A stretch of 64,000 bases of DNA from Marinobacter sp. GTDB lineage: Bacteria; Pseudomonadota; Gammaproteobacteria; Pseudomonadales; Oleiphilaceae. Shown piece after piece: positions 23,879 through 35,284 of the stretch (positions within the stretch are counted from its first letter, which is position 1; every line of letters begins with the position of its first letter). The DNA lies in contig JASBRL010000175.1 of assembly GCA_030149475.1 (NCBI GenBank), positions 15,708-79,707 of the forward strand. The letters run 5' to 3'. A model generated the notes under the pieces. The model did not search any database. It was not told where the DNA came from and saw only the letters and a list, made by a program, of their open reading frames with translations. Both the position numbers and the translations under genes were made by a program.

Positions 23879-23925
23879 GGTGACCACTTAACGACCGTGA
23901 AGACTTTATTAAGCCACAACCCTGT

Positions 23926-24633
23926 TCAATTTTCAAACAATGAATCGATGACCAGACACGCGGACAGGCTATCCGGATCAGGCTCTTCCGACCAGGGCAA
24001 CACCCCCAGACACGGCGCGCCGATATGGGAGAGAAGATAATCCAGGGTCTCAGACTCGTTATTCATGATCACCGGCGCTGGCCGGTTGGCGACCCATCCG
24101 GCCACCCGCAGACCATCCGCTCGAATGGCCTCTGCAGTCAGCAGCGCATGATTGATACACCCCAGTTGCAATGGCACCACCATGATCACCGGCAGATTCA
24201 GGGCGACCGGAACACCGGCATAGGTTTCCCGGTCGTTAAGAGGTACACGCCAGCCACCGGCACCCTCAATCAGCAGCAGGTCAGCGGGACGCAGCTGTAG
24301 TCCCCGACAGAACCCGACCAGACGCTGCACAGACACCTGACGCCCGGCCTGAGCAGCCGCAACGTGGGGGGCAATAGCCGGTTCAAGCGCAATCGGGTTG
24401 ACCTGATCATAGGACAGTGGTTCGGTCATGGCTGACATCAGTAATAACGCATCGTCATTGCGCAGGCCGTCAACGGTTTGCTCACAGCCCGAGGCAACCG
24501 GTTTCATGGCCAGGGTTCGCAGGCCCCGTTTGCGGGCGGCACAAAGCAGGGCTGCCGATACCAGGGTTTTGCCAACGCTGGTGTCAGTTCCGGTTACAAA
24601 ACAGGTCTGCCTGGCCAAGATAGACTCCGTCAA
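23926..24633 (-). CDS. bioD: Dethiobiotin synthase
   Basis: FVTGTDTSVGKT, MKPVASG, IEGAGGW, LGCINHALLT. Confidence 0.97.
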   Translation of the reverse strand: MTESILARQTCFVTGTDTSVGKTLVSAALLCAARKRGLRTLAMKPVASGCEQTVDGLRNDDALLLMSAMTEPLSYDQVNPIALEPAIAPHVAAAQAGRQVSVQRLVGFCRGLQLRPADLLLIEGAGGWRVPLNDRETYAGVPVALNLPVIMVVPLQLGCINHALLTAEAIRADGLRVAGWVANRPAPVIMNNESETLDYLLSHIGAPCLGVLPWSEEPDPDSLSACLVIDSLFEN

Positions 24634-25829
24634 TGGGTCAGATGAGCGGTTGCCGGCAACGAATCGACAACCGGCCGGATCAGGTGGACGCAGGCGGCAA
24701 ACCCGGCAAGCAGACGGTCCAGGTCCGCTTCGGTATGAGCGGCACTGAACGTCACCCGCAGTCGTGAGGCACCCTGCGGCACGGTAGGCGGACGAATGGC
24801 GGTCACCAGCAGACCCTGCTCTTCCAGTGCCTTGCTTAACGCCAGCGCCGCGTGAGCGTCCCCGACCATAACCGGCTGAATCGGGGTTTCAGAGGGCATC
24901 AGGGTGTAACCGAGATCCACCATCGACGAGCGGAAATGCGAGACAAGCGCCTGCAGGTGTTCGCGACGGTATTGCTCGCGCTCGACCAGTTCGAGACTGA
25001 CACAACTGGCCCGGGCAAGCGCCGGAGGCATGGCGGTGGTGTAGATGTAGGTGCGCGCTTTCTGCACCAGGTAGTCGGTCAGCAGGGCCGGCCCGGCCAC
25101 AAAAGCACCACTGGTGCCAAAGGCTTTGCCGAAGGTTCCGATCACCAGCGGCACCTCGGCCTCACTGAGCCCAAGACTGGCCACCGAGCCACGCCCCTGC
25201 GGCCCTGCACACCCGAACCCATGGGCGTCGTCCACAATCAGCAAGGCGTCGTGACGGTGACACAGCCGAGCCAGTTCGCGCAAGGGTGCCATGTCGCCAT
25301 CCATACTGAAGATGCCATCGGTGACCACCAACTTGTGGCCGGGAGTATCAGCCAGCATGCCAGCCAGGGCATCAACGTCCCGGTGGGGATATGTCCGCAC
25401 GGTCGCCCGGCTGAGCCGGCAGCCGTCAATAATGGAGGCGTGATTGAGGGCATCGGAGAAGATCGTATCCTCTTTACCCGCCAGTGCTGAAATGACCCCC
25501 ATATTGGCCATGTAACCGGTGGAAAAAAACAGCGCGCTGGAGCGGCCGGTAAACGTCGCCAGACGCTGCTCCAGTTCGTGATGGGCCTGATGATGCCCGC
25601 AGATCAGATGCGATGAAGCCCCCCCCAGCCCGACATCCGCCAGGCTGTCGGCCGCCGCCGCGGTGAGCGCGGGGTGGCTGGCCAGGCCGAGATAATCATT
25701 GCTGCAGAAGGCCAGCACCGGCTGACCATCAGCGCACAGCGCCGGCCGCTGGGGCCCGCTTATCAGGCGCCGGGAGCGGTACAGGCCCGCCGCCTTGCGA
25801 TCGGCCATTTCAGCGGCAAAATCACGCAT
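24630..25829 (-). CDS. bioF: 8-amino-7-oxononanoate synthase
   Basis: FCSNDYLGL, NHASIIDG, VDDAHGFG, GTFGKAFG (PLP Lys), AIRPPTVP. Confidence 0.97.
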   Translation of the reverse strand: MRDFAAEMADRKAAGLYRSRRLISGPQRPALCADGQPVLAFCSNDYLGLASHPALTAAAADSLADVGLGGASSHLICGHHQAHHELEQRLATFTGRSSALFFSTGYMANMGVISALAGKEDTIFSDALNHASIIDGCRLSRATVRTYPHRDVDALAGMLADTPGHKLVVTDGIFSMDGDMAPLRELARLCHRHDALLIVDDAHGFGCAGPQGRGSVASLGLSEAEVPLVIGTFGKAFGTSGAFVAGPALLTDYLVQKARTYIYTTAMPPALARASCVSLELVEREQYRREHLQALVSHFRSSMVDLGYTLMPSETPIQPVMVGDAHAALALSKALEEQGLLVTAIRPPTVPQGASRLRVTFSAAHTEADLDRLLAGFAACVHLIRPVVDSLPATAHLTH

Positions 25830-25840
25830 GCCCGGCGACC

Positions 25841-26899
25841 TCAGGCTGACTGACGACTGGCGTCGTAGAAGAGGTGGCGATTGCGTTCGTGCTCGACCTC
25901 GCGGGCGAGCACGGCTTCACGCTCCTCTTCGGTGTGCTCTGTCTCGCGCTGCTCGGGACGAATACCGAGGCGTCGAAACAGTTCGCGGTCACGGTCCGCT
26001 TCCGGATTCGCGGTAGTCAGCAGCTTTTCACCGTAGAAAATGGAATTGGCGCCAGCCAGGAAACACAACGCCTGCATCTGTTCGTTCATGTCCTCACGGC
26101 CGGCCGACAACCGCACGTGGGACGCCGGCATCATGATCCGGGCGACCGCGATGGTCCGCACGAAATCAAACGGGTCCAGGTCTTCCGCGTCCTCCATGGG
26201 CGTGCCCGCCACTTTGACCAGCATGTTGACCGGCACGCTTTCCGGGTGCTGGGGCAGGCTGGCCAGTTGCATCAGCAGTCCGGCGCGATCATCCAGATCC
26301 TCCCCCATACCCATAATCCCGCCGCAACAGACTTTCATGCCAGCCTTGCGGACATTGGACAGACTGGTCAGGCGGTCCTGGTAGGTACGGGTGGTGATGA
26401 TATGGCTGTAATACTTTTCAGAGGTATCAAGGTTGTGGTTGTAGTAATCCAGCCCGGCGTCAGCCAGTTCCTTTGCCTGCTCCTCTTCGAGCATGCCCAG
26501 CGTCATGCAGGTCTCAAGACCCAGCGATTTCACCTGACGCACCATATCCACCACGTAGGGCATGTCCTTGCGGGTCGGACTGCGCCAGGCTGCACCCATG
26601 CAGAACCTGGATGCGCCTTTATCGCGGGCCGCACGGGCCTCGGCAAGCACCTTATCCACTTCCAGCAGTTTTTCTTTTTCCAGGCCGGTATTGTAATGGC
26701 CACTCTGGGGACAGTATTTGCAATCCTCGGGACAGGCGCCGGTCTTGATCGACAGCAAGGTACTCACCTGCACTTCGTTGGGATCGAAATGCTCGCGATG
26801 AATCGCCTGGGCTTTGAAGATCAGATCGCTGAACGGCATCAGGAACAGGGCCCGGGTTTCTTCGAGCGTCCAGTCGTGGCGAATGGTGGTGGCGGTCAT
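25841..26899 (-). CDS. bioB: Biotin synthase
   Basis: CPEDCKYC radical-SAM motif, [29 protein letters not shown]. Confidence 0.98.
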   Translation of the reverse strand: MTATTIRHDWTLEETRALFLMPFSDLIFKAQAIHREHFDPNEVQVSTLLSIKTGACPEDCKYCPQSGHYNTGLEKEKLLEVDKVLAEARAARDKGASRFCMGAAWRSPTRKDMPYVVDMVRQVKSLGLETCMTLGMLEEEQAKELADAGLDYYNHNLDTSEKYYSHIITTRTYQDRLTSLSNVRKAGMKVCCGGIMGMGEDLDDRAGLLMQLASLPQHPESVPVNMLVKVAGTPMEDAEDLDPFDFVRTIAVARIMMPASHVRLSAGREDMNEQMQALCFLAGANSIFYGEKLLTTANPEADRDRELFRRLGIRPEQRETEHTEEEREAVLAREVEHERNRHLFYDASRQSA

Positions 26900-26957
26900 G
26901 GCGGTGTCCTGTTAGGTTCGCAATCTGCGTTCACAGATAAGTTCAGGGATTGAACGA

Positions 26958-27698
26958 ATGATAAAGCGCCTGCTATCGCTGTCAACCCATCTTCAACAAA
27001 AGGTTAACAGCGACAACCGAATCACCAGCCAGTGTGTCGCCTGCCTCGCATCCGTCCGCGGCTATGGTCTGTGCCGGGAATGCCTTGCGGATTTACCGCG
27101 CAATTCCCATGCCTGCCGCCAATGCGCCCTGCCATTAGCGGACCTCCCGCTCCGGCCAGCCTATTGCGGCCAGTGCCTGGCGGATCCACCACCTTTTGAC
27201 CGTGTGGTGGCGCCCTGGCGCTATCAGTTTCCGGTTAACCGCCTGATCAGCCAATACAAGTACCGGCAGCAGCGGACATTCGGCAGGCCGCTGATCCAGG
27301 CCCTCGCGGACACGCTCTCCGGGGAACTTTCAACTCATCCGGAACTGACACCGGAGTTGTTGATTCCCAGTCCGATGCACGCTGCCAAACAGCGGCGCCG
27401 GCAATTCAACCAGGCGGAAGACATCACGGAGCAGATCAGCCGAACCCTGGCCATTCCCTGGACAGTGACCATGGTCACCAGAAGGCGCCCCGGGACCGCG
27501 CAATCCGGACTTGACCGTCGGCAACGTCTGGTCAATCTGCGCAATGCGTTCACTGTGACCGGACCGGTTCCTGCCCATGTGGCGATCGTCGACGATGTGG
27601 TGACCACTGGCGCAACCGCCCGGGCCCTGGCAAAGACGCTGCGGCAAGCCGGAGCCGAACGGGTTCAGGTCTGGGCGCTGGCGCGTACGCCGGATTAG
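26958..27698 (+). CDS. comF: ComF-family phosphoribosyltransferase-like protein
   Basis: Four CxxC pairs at the N-terminus, RQFNQA, VAIVDDVVTTGAT PRPP motif; divergent from bioB; start uncertain. Confidence 0.9.
   Translation: MIKRLLSLSTHLQQKVNSDNRITSQCVACLASVRGYGLCRECLADLPRNSHACRQCALPLADLPLRPAYCGQCLADPPPFDRVVAPWRYQFPVNRLISQYKYRQQRTFGRPLIQALADTLSGELSTHPELTPELLIPSPMHAAKQRRRQFNQAEDITEQISRTLAIPWTVTMVTRRRPGTAQSGLDRRQRLVNLRNAFTVTGPVPAHVAIVDDVVTTGATARALAKTLRQAGAERVQVWALARTPD
26980..27009. promoter_or_regulatory. BirA biotin operator
   Basis: TGTCAACC-N14-GGTTAACA palindrome about 80 bp upstream of bioB; matches the proteobacterial BirA box. Confidence 0.85.
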
Positions 27699-27711
27699 CA
27701 CCGACAGACCA

Positions 27712-28839
27712 TCAGGCCAGCACTTGCGCCACCCTGTCGGCAATGGCCAGGCTGGCCGTGAGCCCCGGTGACTCGATACCGAACAACTGCACCAGCCCGG
27801 GCACACCGTGCGCTGACGCATCCAGAATCTGGAAATCGGCCGCCGGCTCGCCCGGACCGGTCAGTTTGGTACGAATACCCGCATAGGCTGGCTGCAGGCG
27901 TTTACTGTCGAGTGCTGGCCACCAGCGCCGGACGGAGTCGGCAAATTCCTGTGCCCGGGCCGGATCCACATGGTAATCCTCCGTCTCGATCCACTCTACG
28001 TCGGGACCAAACCGCAAAGCTCCTGCCAGATCAAGGGTCAGGTGAATACCGAGACCGCCCGGCTCGGGTACCGGATAGATCAGACTGCTGAACGGATGAC
28101 GTCCGCTATAGCTGAAATAGCAGCCGCGAGCCATGTACTGGGGCGGACAATGATGCGATGGAAAGCCGGCCCAGTGACGGGCGATAGCAACTGCCGCCAG
28201 GCCGGCCGCATTGACCACTCTCCGGGCATGCAGTATGCAGGGCATCTCTCCGCCCAGAGTGAGGCTGTGCCAATCATCCGCACTACCCGCCCCGATGACC
28301 GGCGTACGGCACACCAACTGGCCGCCATGGGACTCCAGTTCGGCCAGCAGGGAGAGCATAAATCCATGACTGTCAATGATGCCGGTTTCGGCAGAAAACA
28401 GTGCGGCCGACGCGGTAACATCCGGCAGCGCCCGTGACAATCCTGCCCCTTCATGCCAGCTTAACGGGACGCCATTGGCCCCCGCCTGCTGCTGAATGGA
28501 CGCAAGCGCGGAATGCTGCTGCTCGTCCATGGCAATGACCCATTTTCCGGTCCGGCGATGGGAGATCCGGAAACGCCGGCAATGGGCATAAAGCATCTTT
28601 CGCCCTTCAACACAGAGCCGGGCCTTCAGGGAGCCGGTGGGATAATACAGCCCGCCGTGAATCACTTCACTGTTACGGGACGACATGCCCTCGCCAAAAT
28701 GATCCCCGGATTCGACCACCAGAACGTCCTGGCCCTCGGCGGCCAGACGACGGGCGACCGCCAGCCCCACCACTCCGGCGCCAATCACAACAGTATCGAT
28801 GTGCAGTTGTTCCAGCCCGCTCAACGGTGCCTCTCCCAC
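27712..28839 (-). CDS. FAD-dependent oxidoreductase, L-2-hydroxyglutarate dehydrogenase (LhgO)-like
   Basis: GAGVVGLA, SSRNSEVIHGGLYY, GLGIHLTLDL, GIESPGLTAS. Confidence 0.85.
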   Translation of the reverse strand: MGEAPLSGLEQLHIDTVVIGAGVVGLAVARRLAAEGQDVLVVESGDHFGEGMSSRNSEVIHGGLYYPTGSLKARLCVEGRKMLYAHCRRFRISHRRTGKWVIAMDEQQHSALASIQQQAGANGVPLSWHEGAGLSRALPDVTASAALFSAETGIIDSHGFMLSLLAELESHGGQLVCRTPVIGAGSADDWHSLTLGGEMPCILHARRVVNAAGLAAVAIARHWAGFPSHHCPPQYMARGCYFSYSGRHPFSSLIYPVPEPGGLGIHLTLDLAGALRFGPDVEWIETEDYHVDPARAQEFADSVRRWWPALDSKRLQPAYAGIRTKLTGPGEPAADFQILDASAHGVPGLVQLFGIESPGLTASLAIADRVAQVLA

Positions 28840-28964
28840 TGTCCCGGTTAATCCCGGCGCTCAGTATCGCAGAACCGGCAGGCCGGGAGAACACTCCGAA
28901 AGGGCACCCAAAACAGGTATACTGATAATTCAGCGACCCACTCACGCAGGAAGCCGGGGGCAGA

Positions 28965-29387
28965 ATGTCGGATAGAAAACAGTTTCTGATCGTTATGCTG
29001 GTCGCCGCTGTATTCGTCGGCTGGCTGGGCTGGCGCGGGTTTGAGGTTATCTCTCTGAACCAGCGGCTGCAGGCCGACCCGGTGGTGGCCGACTACCCAT
29101 ACCTCCACCGGGTGTTGCGGATTGATGGCGATGTCGCGGTGATAAGCTCGTTACGCTCCCACGAGGTCGCCACACAAGATGCGCTTAAATTTCTGTACCC
29201 CAGTCTGGGTTCGCTGACCGGTAACCAGCGGGACTGGCAGCGGGCAGAGCGGGAACTTGCCCACGTTCAGGCTCGTGCCGGCAATATTATACTGACATCA
29301 CCGGCCATCGCGCGGATTCGCTGGGAACTCGACGAAAACTGGTATCACCTCAGTGCCATGCGCAGAAACACAACCGCGCTCCGTTAA
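28965..29387 (+). CDS. Hypothetical protein with an N-terminal membrane anchor
   Basis: Hydrophobic N-terminal helix; ends 9 bp before srkA; fills the gap between confident genes. Confidence 0.7.
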   Translation: MSDRKQFLIVMLVAAVFVGWLGWRGFEVISLNQRLQADPVVADYPYLHRVLRIDGDVAVISSLRSHEVATQDALKFLYPSLGSLTGNQRDWQRAERELAHVQARAGNIILTSPAIARIRWELDENWYHLSAMRRNTTALR

Positions 29388-29396
29388 CAGGACTTT

Positions 29397-30395
29397 ATGA
29401 TCTCCAGCACCCATCCCTACGACGACCTGACCCCGGACGTTATCCTCGACGCGGTTGAGGCGGCCGGCTTTGAAATAAATGGCCGGCTGTTTGCCCTCAA
29501 CAGCTATGAAAACCGGGTATACCAGGTCGGCATTGAGGGCCGCCGCCCCATTATCGCCAAGTTCTATCGTCCCGGACGCTGGAGCGAGGCTCAGATACGG
29601 GAAGAACACGTTTTTGCCGACGAACTGGTGGCTGCTGACATCCCCCTGGTAGGCCCGCTGACCATGCCCTCGGGTGATACGCTGGGAAGACACGGTGATT
29701 TTCTGTTTGCCGTCTTTGACCAGCACGGCGGCCAGGCGCCGGATACCAGCACCACCGATACCCTGTACCGGTTGGGACAATGGCTGGGACAACTCCATAA
29801 CCGGGGCGCCACCGACTCGTTCCGGGTACGCCCGGAACTGGCCATCCTGCCCGGAATTGTCGATAACAGCCGGTTTCTGACCGAGCATAACTGGGTTCCG
29901 GATGACCTCAGAGCCGCATGGGACAGCCTGATACCGGATCTGATCAAACACTGCGCCCATCGAATCGAGGATGCCGGGGAAGTGGAAATGATCCGCATCC
30001 ACGGCGATTGCCACGGCGGCAACATTCTGGTTCGCGAGGAACAGATGCTGTTTGTGGATATGGATGATTGCCGCACCGGACCCGCTATTCAGGACCTGTG
30101 GCTGCTGCTTAACGGTGATGCGACTGATCAGGGAGCACAGTTCGGCGAATTGCTCGAGGGGTATGAAATGTTCCGGCCATTCAATCGTCGGGAGCGACAT
30201 CTGATTGAACCCCTGCGGTGCTACCGGCAAATTTCACACTGTGCGTGGCTGGCGAAGCGCTGGGATGATCCGGCGTTCCCGCGTTTTTTCCCCTGGTTTA
30301 CCCAGGGCCGCTTCTGGTCCGATCAGATTCTGGCGCTCAGGGAACAGCTAGCCGCACTGCAAAGCCCCTCCGTGTCTGTTCCCGGCCAGAATTGA
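29397..30395 (+). CDS. srkA: Stress-response Ser/Thr kinase (YihE/RdoA)
   Basis: LNSYENRVYQ, AKFYRPGRWS, IHGDCHGGN, VDMDD, GPAIQDLW, RWDDPAFP. Confidence 0.95.
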   Translation: MISSTHPYDDLTPDVILDAVEAAGFEINGRLFALNSYENRVYQVGIEGRRPIIAKFYRPGRWSEAQIREEHVFADELVAADIPLVGPLTMPSGDTLGRHGDFLFAVFDQHGGQAPDTSTTDTLYRLGQWLGQLHNRGATDSFRVRPELAILPGIVDNSRFLTEHNWVPDDLRAAWDSLIPDLIKHCAHRIEDAGEVEMIRIHGDCHGGNILVREEQMLFVDMDDCRTGPAIQDLWLLLNGDATDQGAQFGELLEGYEMFRPFNRRERHLIEPLRCYRQISHCAWLAKRWDDPAFPRFFPWFTQGRFWSDQILALREQLAALQSPSVSVPGQN

Positions 30396-30458
30396 GGCGG
30401 CCATGCCTGTGGACATGATCCGCCTGTACCGGGAAAACGAGACACCGAGGAGCCTTCA

Positions 30459-30803
30459 ATGAGCCAGCCCGAGCCACGCTACAGCATCCAGACCCTGATT
30501 GTGGTCGTGGTGGCGACAATTATCATTACCGTGCTGACGCTGGAATTCAGTGGACGTATTGAGCATTCAGGAAACAAGGAGAACGTGACGGTCGGACAAT
30601 TCAGGGCCATCAACGTCAAGCCCGGCGAACCGTTCCGCATGTCCCCTCAATCCGGCAAACTATACGCGGTCTGCCAGAACGGGTTCATTGCCGTGGCGAA
30701 CGCCTCTGATCCTCAGTTTCTGGGATTGCTTGTTGATTACAAGAACCGTGGAGTGCGCTGCCCCGTTTCAGCGCAACCGACCCCACCGGCCAGGAAACCG
30801 TAA
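30459..30803 (+). CDS. Hypothetical membrane-anchored protein with two Cys
   Basis: GAGGAG RBS, N-terminal TM helix, stops 3 bp before cmoA. Confidence 0.7.
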   Translation: MSQPEPRYSIQTLIVVVVATIIITVLTLEFSGRIEHSGNKENVTVGQFRAINVKPGEPFRMSPQSGKLYAVCQNGFIAVANASDPQFLGLLVDYKNRGVRCPVSAQPTPPARKP

Positions 30804-30806
30804 ATC

Positions 30807-31544
30807 ATGACCCGCCCTGAAACCGATCGCCTCTTCGCCCAGGCACAGCCCCAGTCCGATTTCCGCTTTGACAGCGCCGTCGCCCGCGTGTTTCCCGACA
30901 TGATCCGCCGGTCGGTTCCCGGCTACACCACCATCGTGCCAATGATCGGCATCATCACGGAACAGTTTGCCCAGCCAGGCAGCCACTGCTACGACCTTGG
31001 CTGCTCACTGGGGGCATCAACGCTGGCCATGCGTCATGGCCTTCGGTTCGAAGACTGCGCGCTGATCGGTGTTGACAATTCCGCTGCCATGATCGAACGA
31101 TGTGAACATTACATCGCCCTGGACGACCACCCGCTGCCGGTCAGCCTGCGCTGTGAAGACATCCTGACCACGGACCTGAGCGATGCGTCGGTCACCACGC
31201 TCAACTTTACCCTGCAGTTCGTTCAACCGGCCGAGCGCCTGCCCTTACTGCAGCGAATTGCTGACGCGACCCGCCCCGGCGGCGTGCTGATCCTGTCAGA
31301 AAAGGTGCGCTTCGAGTCCGCATCGGAACAGGACATACAGACCCACCTGCACCATGAGTTCAAGCGGGCCAACGGCTACTCTGACCTGGAGATCAGTCAA
31401 AAGCGATCGGCCCTCGAGCAGGTACTGATCCCCGAAACCATCGCTGATCACCGAGAGCGCCTTACCGCGGCGGGTTTTGGCGAGGTCACGGTGTGGTATC
31501 AGTGCTTCAATTTTGTATCCATGCTGGCCATCAAAGCTTCCTGA
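30807..31544 (+). CDS. cmoA: Carboxy-S-adenosyl-L-methionine synthase
   Basis: [44 protein letters not shown]. Confidence 0.97.
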   Translation: MTRPETDRLFAQAQPQSDFRFDSAVARVFPDMIRRSVPGYTTIVPMIGIITEQFAQPGSHCYDLGCSLGASTLAMRHGLRFEDCALIGVDNSAAMIERCEHYIALDDHPLPVSLRCEDILTTDLSDASVTTLNFTLQFVQPAERLPLLQRIADATRPGGVLILSEKVRFESASEQDIQTHLHHEFKRANGYSDLEISQKRSALEQVLIPETIADHRERLTAAGFGEVTVWYQCFNFVSMLAIKAS

Positions 31545-31557
31545 TCCGGTATTCCCG

Positions 31558-32547
31558 ATGACCTATTTCGACTGGCAAGCCTGCTACCAACCCCTGCTCG
31601 ACGCTCTTGAACGAGAAGGACTGACCGACTGGACAGAGCAGCTGCGCAAACAGCTTGCCCGCCGTTTTGACGAACAGCCCCACGGTGACATGACACGCTG
31701 GATGGACGCCCTGGGTCAGTTACCGCCGGTTTCTCCGGTGGCATCCGATCTGAATCGGGCTGCCATCACCCTGCACACCGACCAGGCTCTGGATGCGGCA
31801 ACCCGACACCAACTTGAAGCTGCGCTTCGTGGGTTGATGCCCTGGCGTAAAGGGCCGTTTGATTTTTTCGGGGTCGGTATCGATACCGAGTGGCGATCAG
31901 ACTGGAAATGGGACCGGGTCGCCCCGCACCTGTCGAACCTGTCCGGTCGGCGGGTTCTCGACGTTGGCTGTGGCTCGGGCTATCACTGCTGGCGCATGTA
32001 CGGCGCCGGGGCCAGCCGGGTCATCGGCGTCGACCCCGGGCTGCTGTTTCTGTGTCAGTTCCTGAGTGTGAAACGCTACCTCGGGGAGCCGCCCGTCGAT
32101 TTACTGCCGATCCGTGGCGAGGACCTGCCGCCCCGCCTGGCGACGTTTGATACCACATTTTCCATGGGTGTTCTCTATCATCGGCGCTCGCCGCTGGATC
32201 ATCTTCTGGAGCTAAGGGACACGTTAAGGGACGGTGGCGAACTGGTGCTGGAAACACTGGTGGTCGACGGCCCCGAGGGGTACAGCCTGATGCCGGAAGA
32301 CCGTTACGGACTGATGCGCAACGTCTGGTTTCTGCCCAGTTGCGACACTTTGCTACGCTGGCTGGCAAGGACCGGATTCCGCAAGGCGCGAGTGGTGGAT
32401 GTCACCGTGACGACCACGGCTGAGCAGCGGTCTACCGACTGGATGCAATTCCAGTCGCTGGAAAACTTTCTTGACCCCGATGATCCAACACGAACCGTGG
32501 AGGGCTATCCCGGCCCGAAACGCGCAACCCTGATTGCTCAGAAGTAG
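31558..32547 (+). CDS. cmoB: tRNA U34 carboxymethyltransferase
   Basis: PWRKGPF, IDTEWRSDWKW, LDVGCGSGYH, MGVLYHRRSP, MRNVWFLPS, TVEGYPGP. Confidence 0.97.
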   Translation: MTYFDWQACYQPLLDALEREGLTDWTEQLRKQLARRFDEQPHGDMTRWMDALGQLPPVSPVASDLNRAAITLHTDQALDAATRHQLEAALRGLMPWRKGPFDFFGVGIDTEWRSDWKWDRVAPHLSNLSGRRVLDVGCGSGYHCWRMYGAGASRVIGVDPGLLFLCQFLSVKRYLGEPPVDLLPIRGEDLPPRLATFDTTFSMGVLYHRRSPLDHLLELRDTLRDGGELVLETLVVDGPEGYSLMPEDRYGLMRNVWFLPSCDTLLRWLARTGFRKARVVDVTVTTTAEQRSTDWMQFQSLENFLDPDDPTRTVEGYPGPKRATLIAQK

Positions 32548-32574
32548 GACCGGCTTCGAACGCGGAGCCGGTCC
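32547..32574. terminator. Hairpin between convergent cmoB and purA
   Basis: GGACCGGCT ... AGCCGGTCC 9-bp stem; weak U tail. Confidence 0.55.
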
Positions 32575-32588
32575 GTTGTTGCGCCCTG

Positions 32589-33968
<1,380 letters not shown>

Positions 33969-35156
33969 TCAGCCCTGCGCTCCGGACAATGCCTCTACAA
34001 CCCATTGATCCCCGCGCTTGACCAGCGTACGGGTAATCAGCCCCGGTTCCGGTGCCACCTCGTCCGGCATGGCCTGAATGACCGTGTCCGTGGCCCGAAG
34101 CTCAGCAATGACTGCCGCCAACGCCGGATCGTCATCGGCAGGCGCCCAGACTGCGCCGGTAATGGGTGCCGGTCGCGCGCACAGGGCGACCAGCGCACGC
34201 ACGTCGATGCTGAAGCCGGTTGCCGGGCGGGCGCGGCCGAAATCACGGCCAATAGAATCATAGCGACCACCCTTGGCTACGGCTTCACCGTGGCCGGTCA
34301 CATAGGCGGCGAAGACCAGTCCGGTGTGGTAGTTGTACCCCCGAAGCTCACAAAAATCGAAGCCGACAGCCACCGCCGGATGGTGGGCCGTCAGGGTATC
34401 GGCCATCCGTTCGAGCTGGCCCAACGCGTCCATGACCGCCGGTGGCGAGCCGGCCAACTGCTGGCGGGCCCGGGTCACCGATTCACGCCCACCACTGATT
34501 CGCGAGAGCGCCAGCAATCTTGCACCGGCGCTGCCTTGCCGGCACTCGGCCAGCAGCCGGTCGAGCTCAGGAATCGATTTTCGACGCATGGCATCGAGCA
34601 CCTGCCGCTGGACGTCATCCGGAAAGTCGGCTTCACGGATCAGCGCCTCGACAATACCGACGTGTGACAGATCCAGATGAATGCCCTCGAGCCCTGCCAC
34701 GTGGAGCGTTTCCAGCATCAGGCTCATCACCTCACGATCCGCCGCCTCCGACGCGCTGCCGAACAGCTCGCAACCGGCCTGTATGGGGGTTCGGCCGGTG
34801 AGCATGTGCTGCGGCCGGGTATGCAGCACATGACCGGCATAACACAACCGGGTGACACCGCTCTGACGCAGCGTGTGAGCGTCAATGCGGGCCGCCTGGG
34901 GCGTCATGTCAGCACGCACGCCCATCAGTCGCCCGGTAAGCTGGTCGGTCAGCTTGAATGTCTGCAGGGCAAGGTCATTACCGGTCCCGGTAAACAGGGA
35001 TTCGAGGTATTCGATGAGCGGCGGAATAACCAGCTGATAGCCCCAGCTCTGGCAGGTATCCATAATGTCCCGGCGCAGGCGTTCGATCTGTGCTGCCAGC
35101 GGCGGCAGGATGTCTTCCACGCCGTCCGGCAGTAACCAGTGGTCAGATACAGTCAT
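33969..35156 (-). CDS. hisZ: ATP phosphoribosyltransferase regulatory subunit
   Basis: WLLPDGVEDILP, RADMTPQAARIDAH, QAGCELFG, YHTGLVF, GGRYD; directly upstream of purA. Confidence 0.95.
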   Translation of the reverse strand: MTVSDHWLLPDGVEDILPPLAAQIERLRRDIMDTCQSWGYQLVIPPLIEYLESLFTGTGNDLALQTFKLTDQLTGRLMGVRADMTPQAARIDAHTLRQSGVTRLCYAGHVLHTRPQHMLTGRTPIQAGCELFGSASEAADREVMSLMLETLHVAGLEGIHLDLSHVGIVEALIREADFPDDVQRQVLDAMRRKSIPELDRLLAECRQGSAGARLLALSRISGGRESVTRARQQLAGSPPAVMDALGQLERMADTLTAHHPAVAVGFDFCELRGYNYHTGLVFAAYVTGHGEAVAKGGRYDSIGRDFGRARPATGFSIDVRALVALCARPAPITGAVWAPADDDPALAAVIAELRATDTVIQAMPDEVAPEPGLITRTLVKRGDQWVVEALSGAQG

Positions 35157-35284
35157 GTGTCTCATGCGTCCGTTATGACTCCCGAGGCGCGTAGCGCAGG
35201 GAAGTAACAGGATTGAGGGCCATGCCCTGGCGGAGCAGAAATGCCAGAACAAAACCGACCGGATTTTACACGTTTCGCGCCCAC

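Noticed and set aside
23888-23910. Sigma-28 promoter for the Flg-like mini-gene (TAAAGTCT...GTCGTTAA, minus strand)
   Set aside because: Spacing between the elements is about 6 nt too short
23432-24040. 202-aa plus-strand ORF
   Set aside because: Overlaps bioD and the Flg-like mini-gene on the other strand and shows no motif
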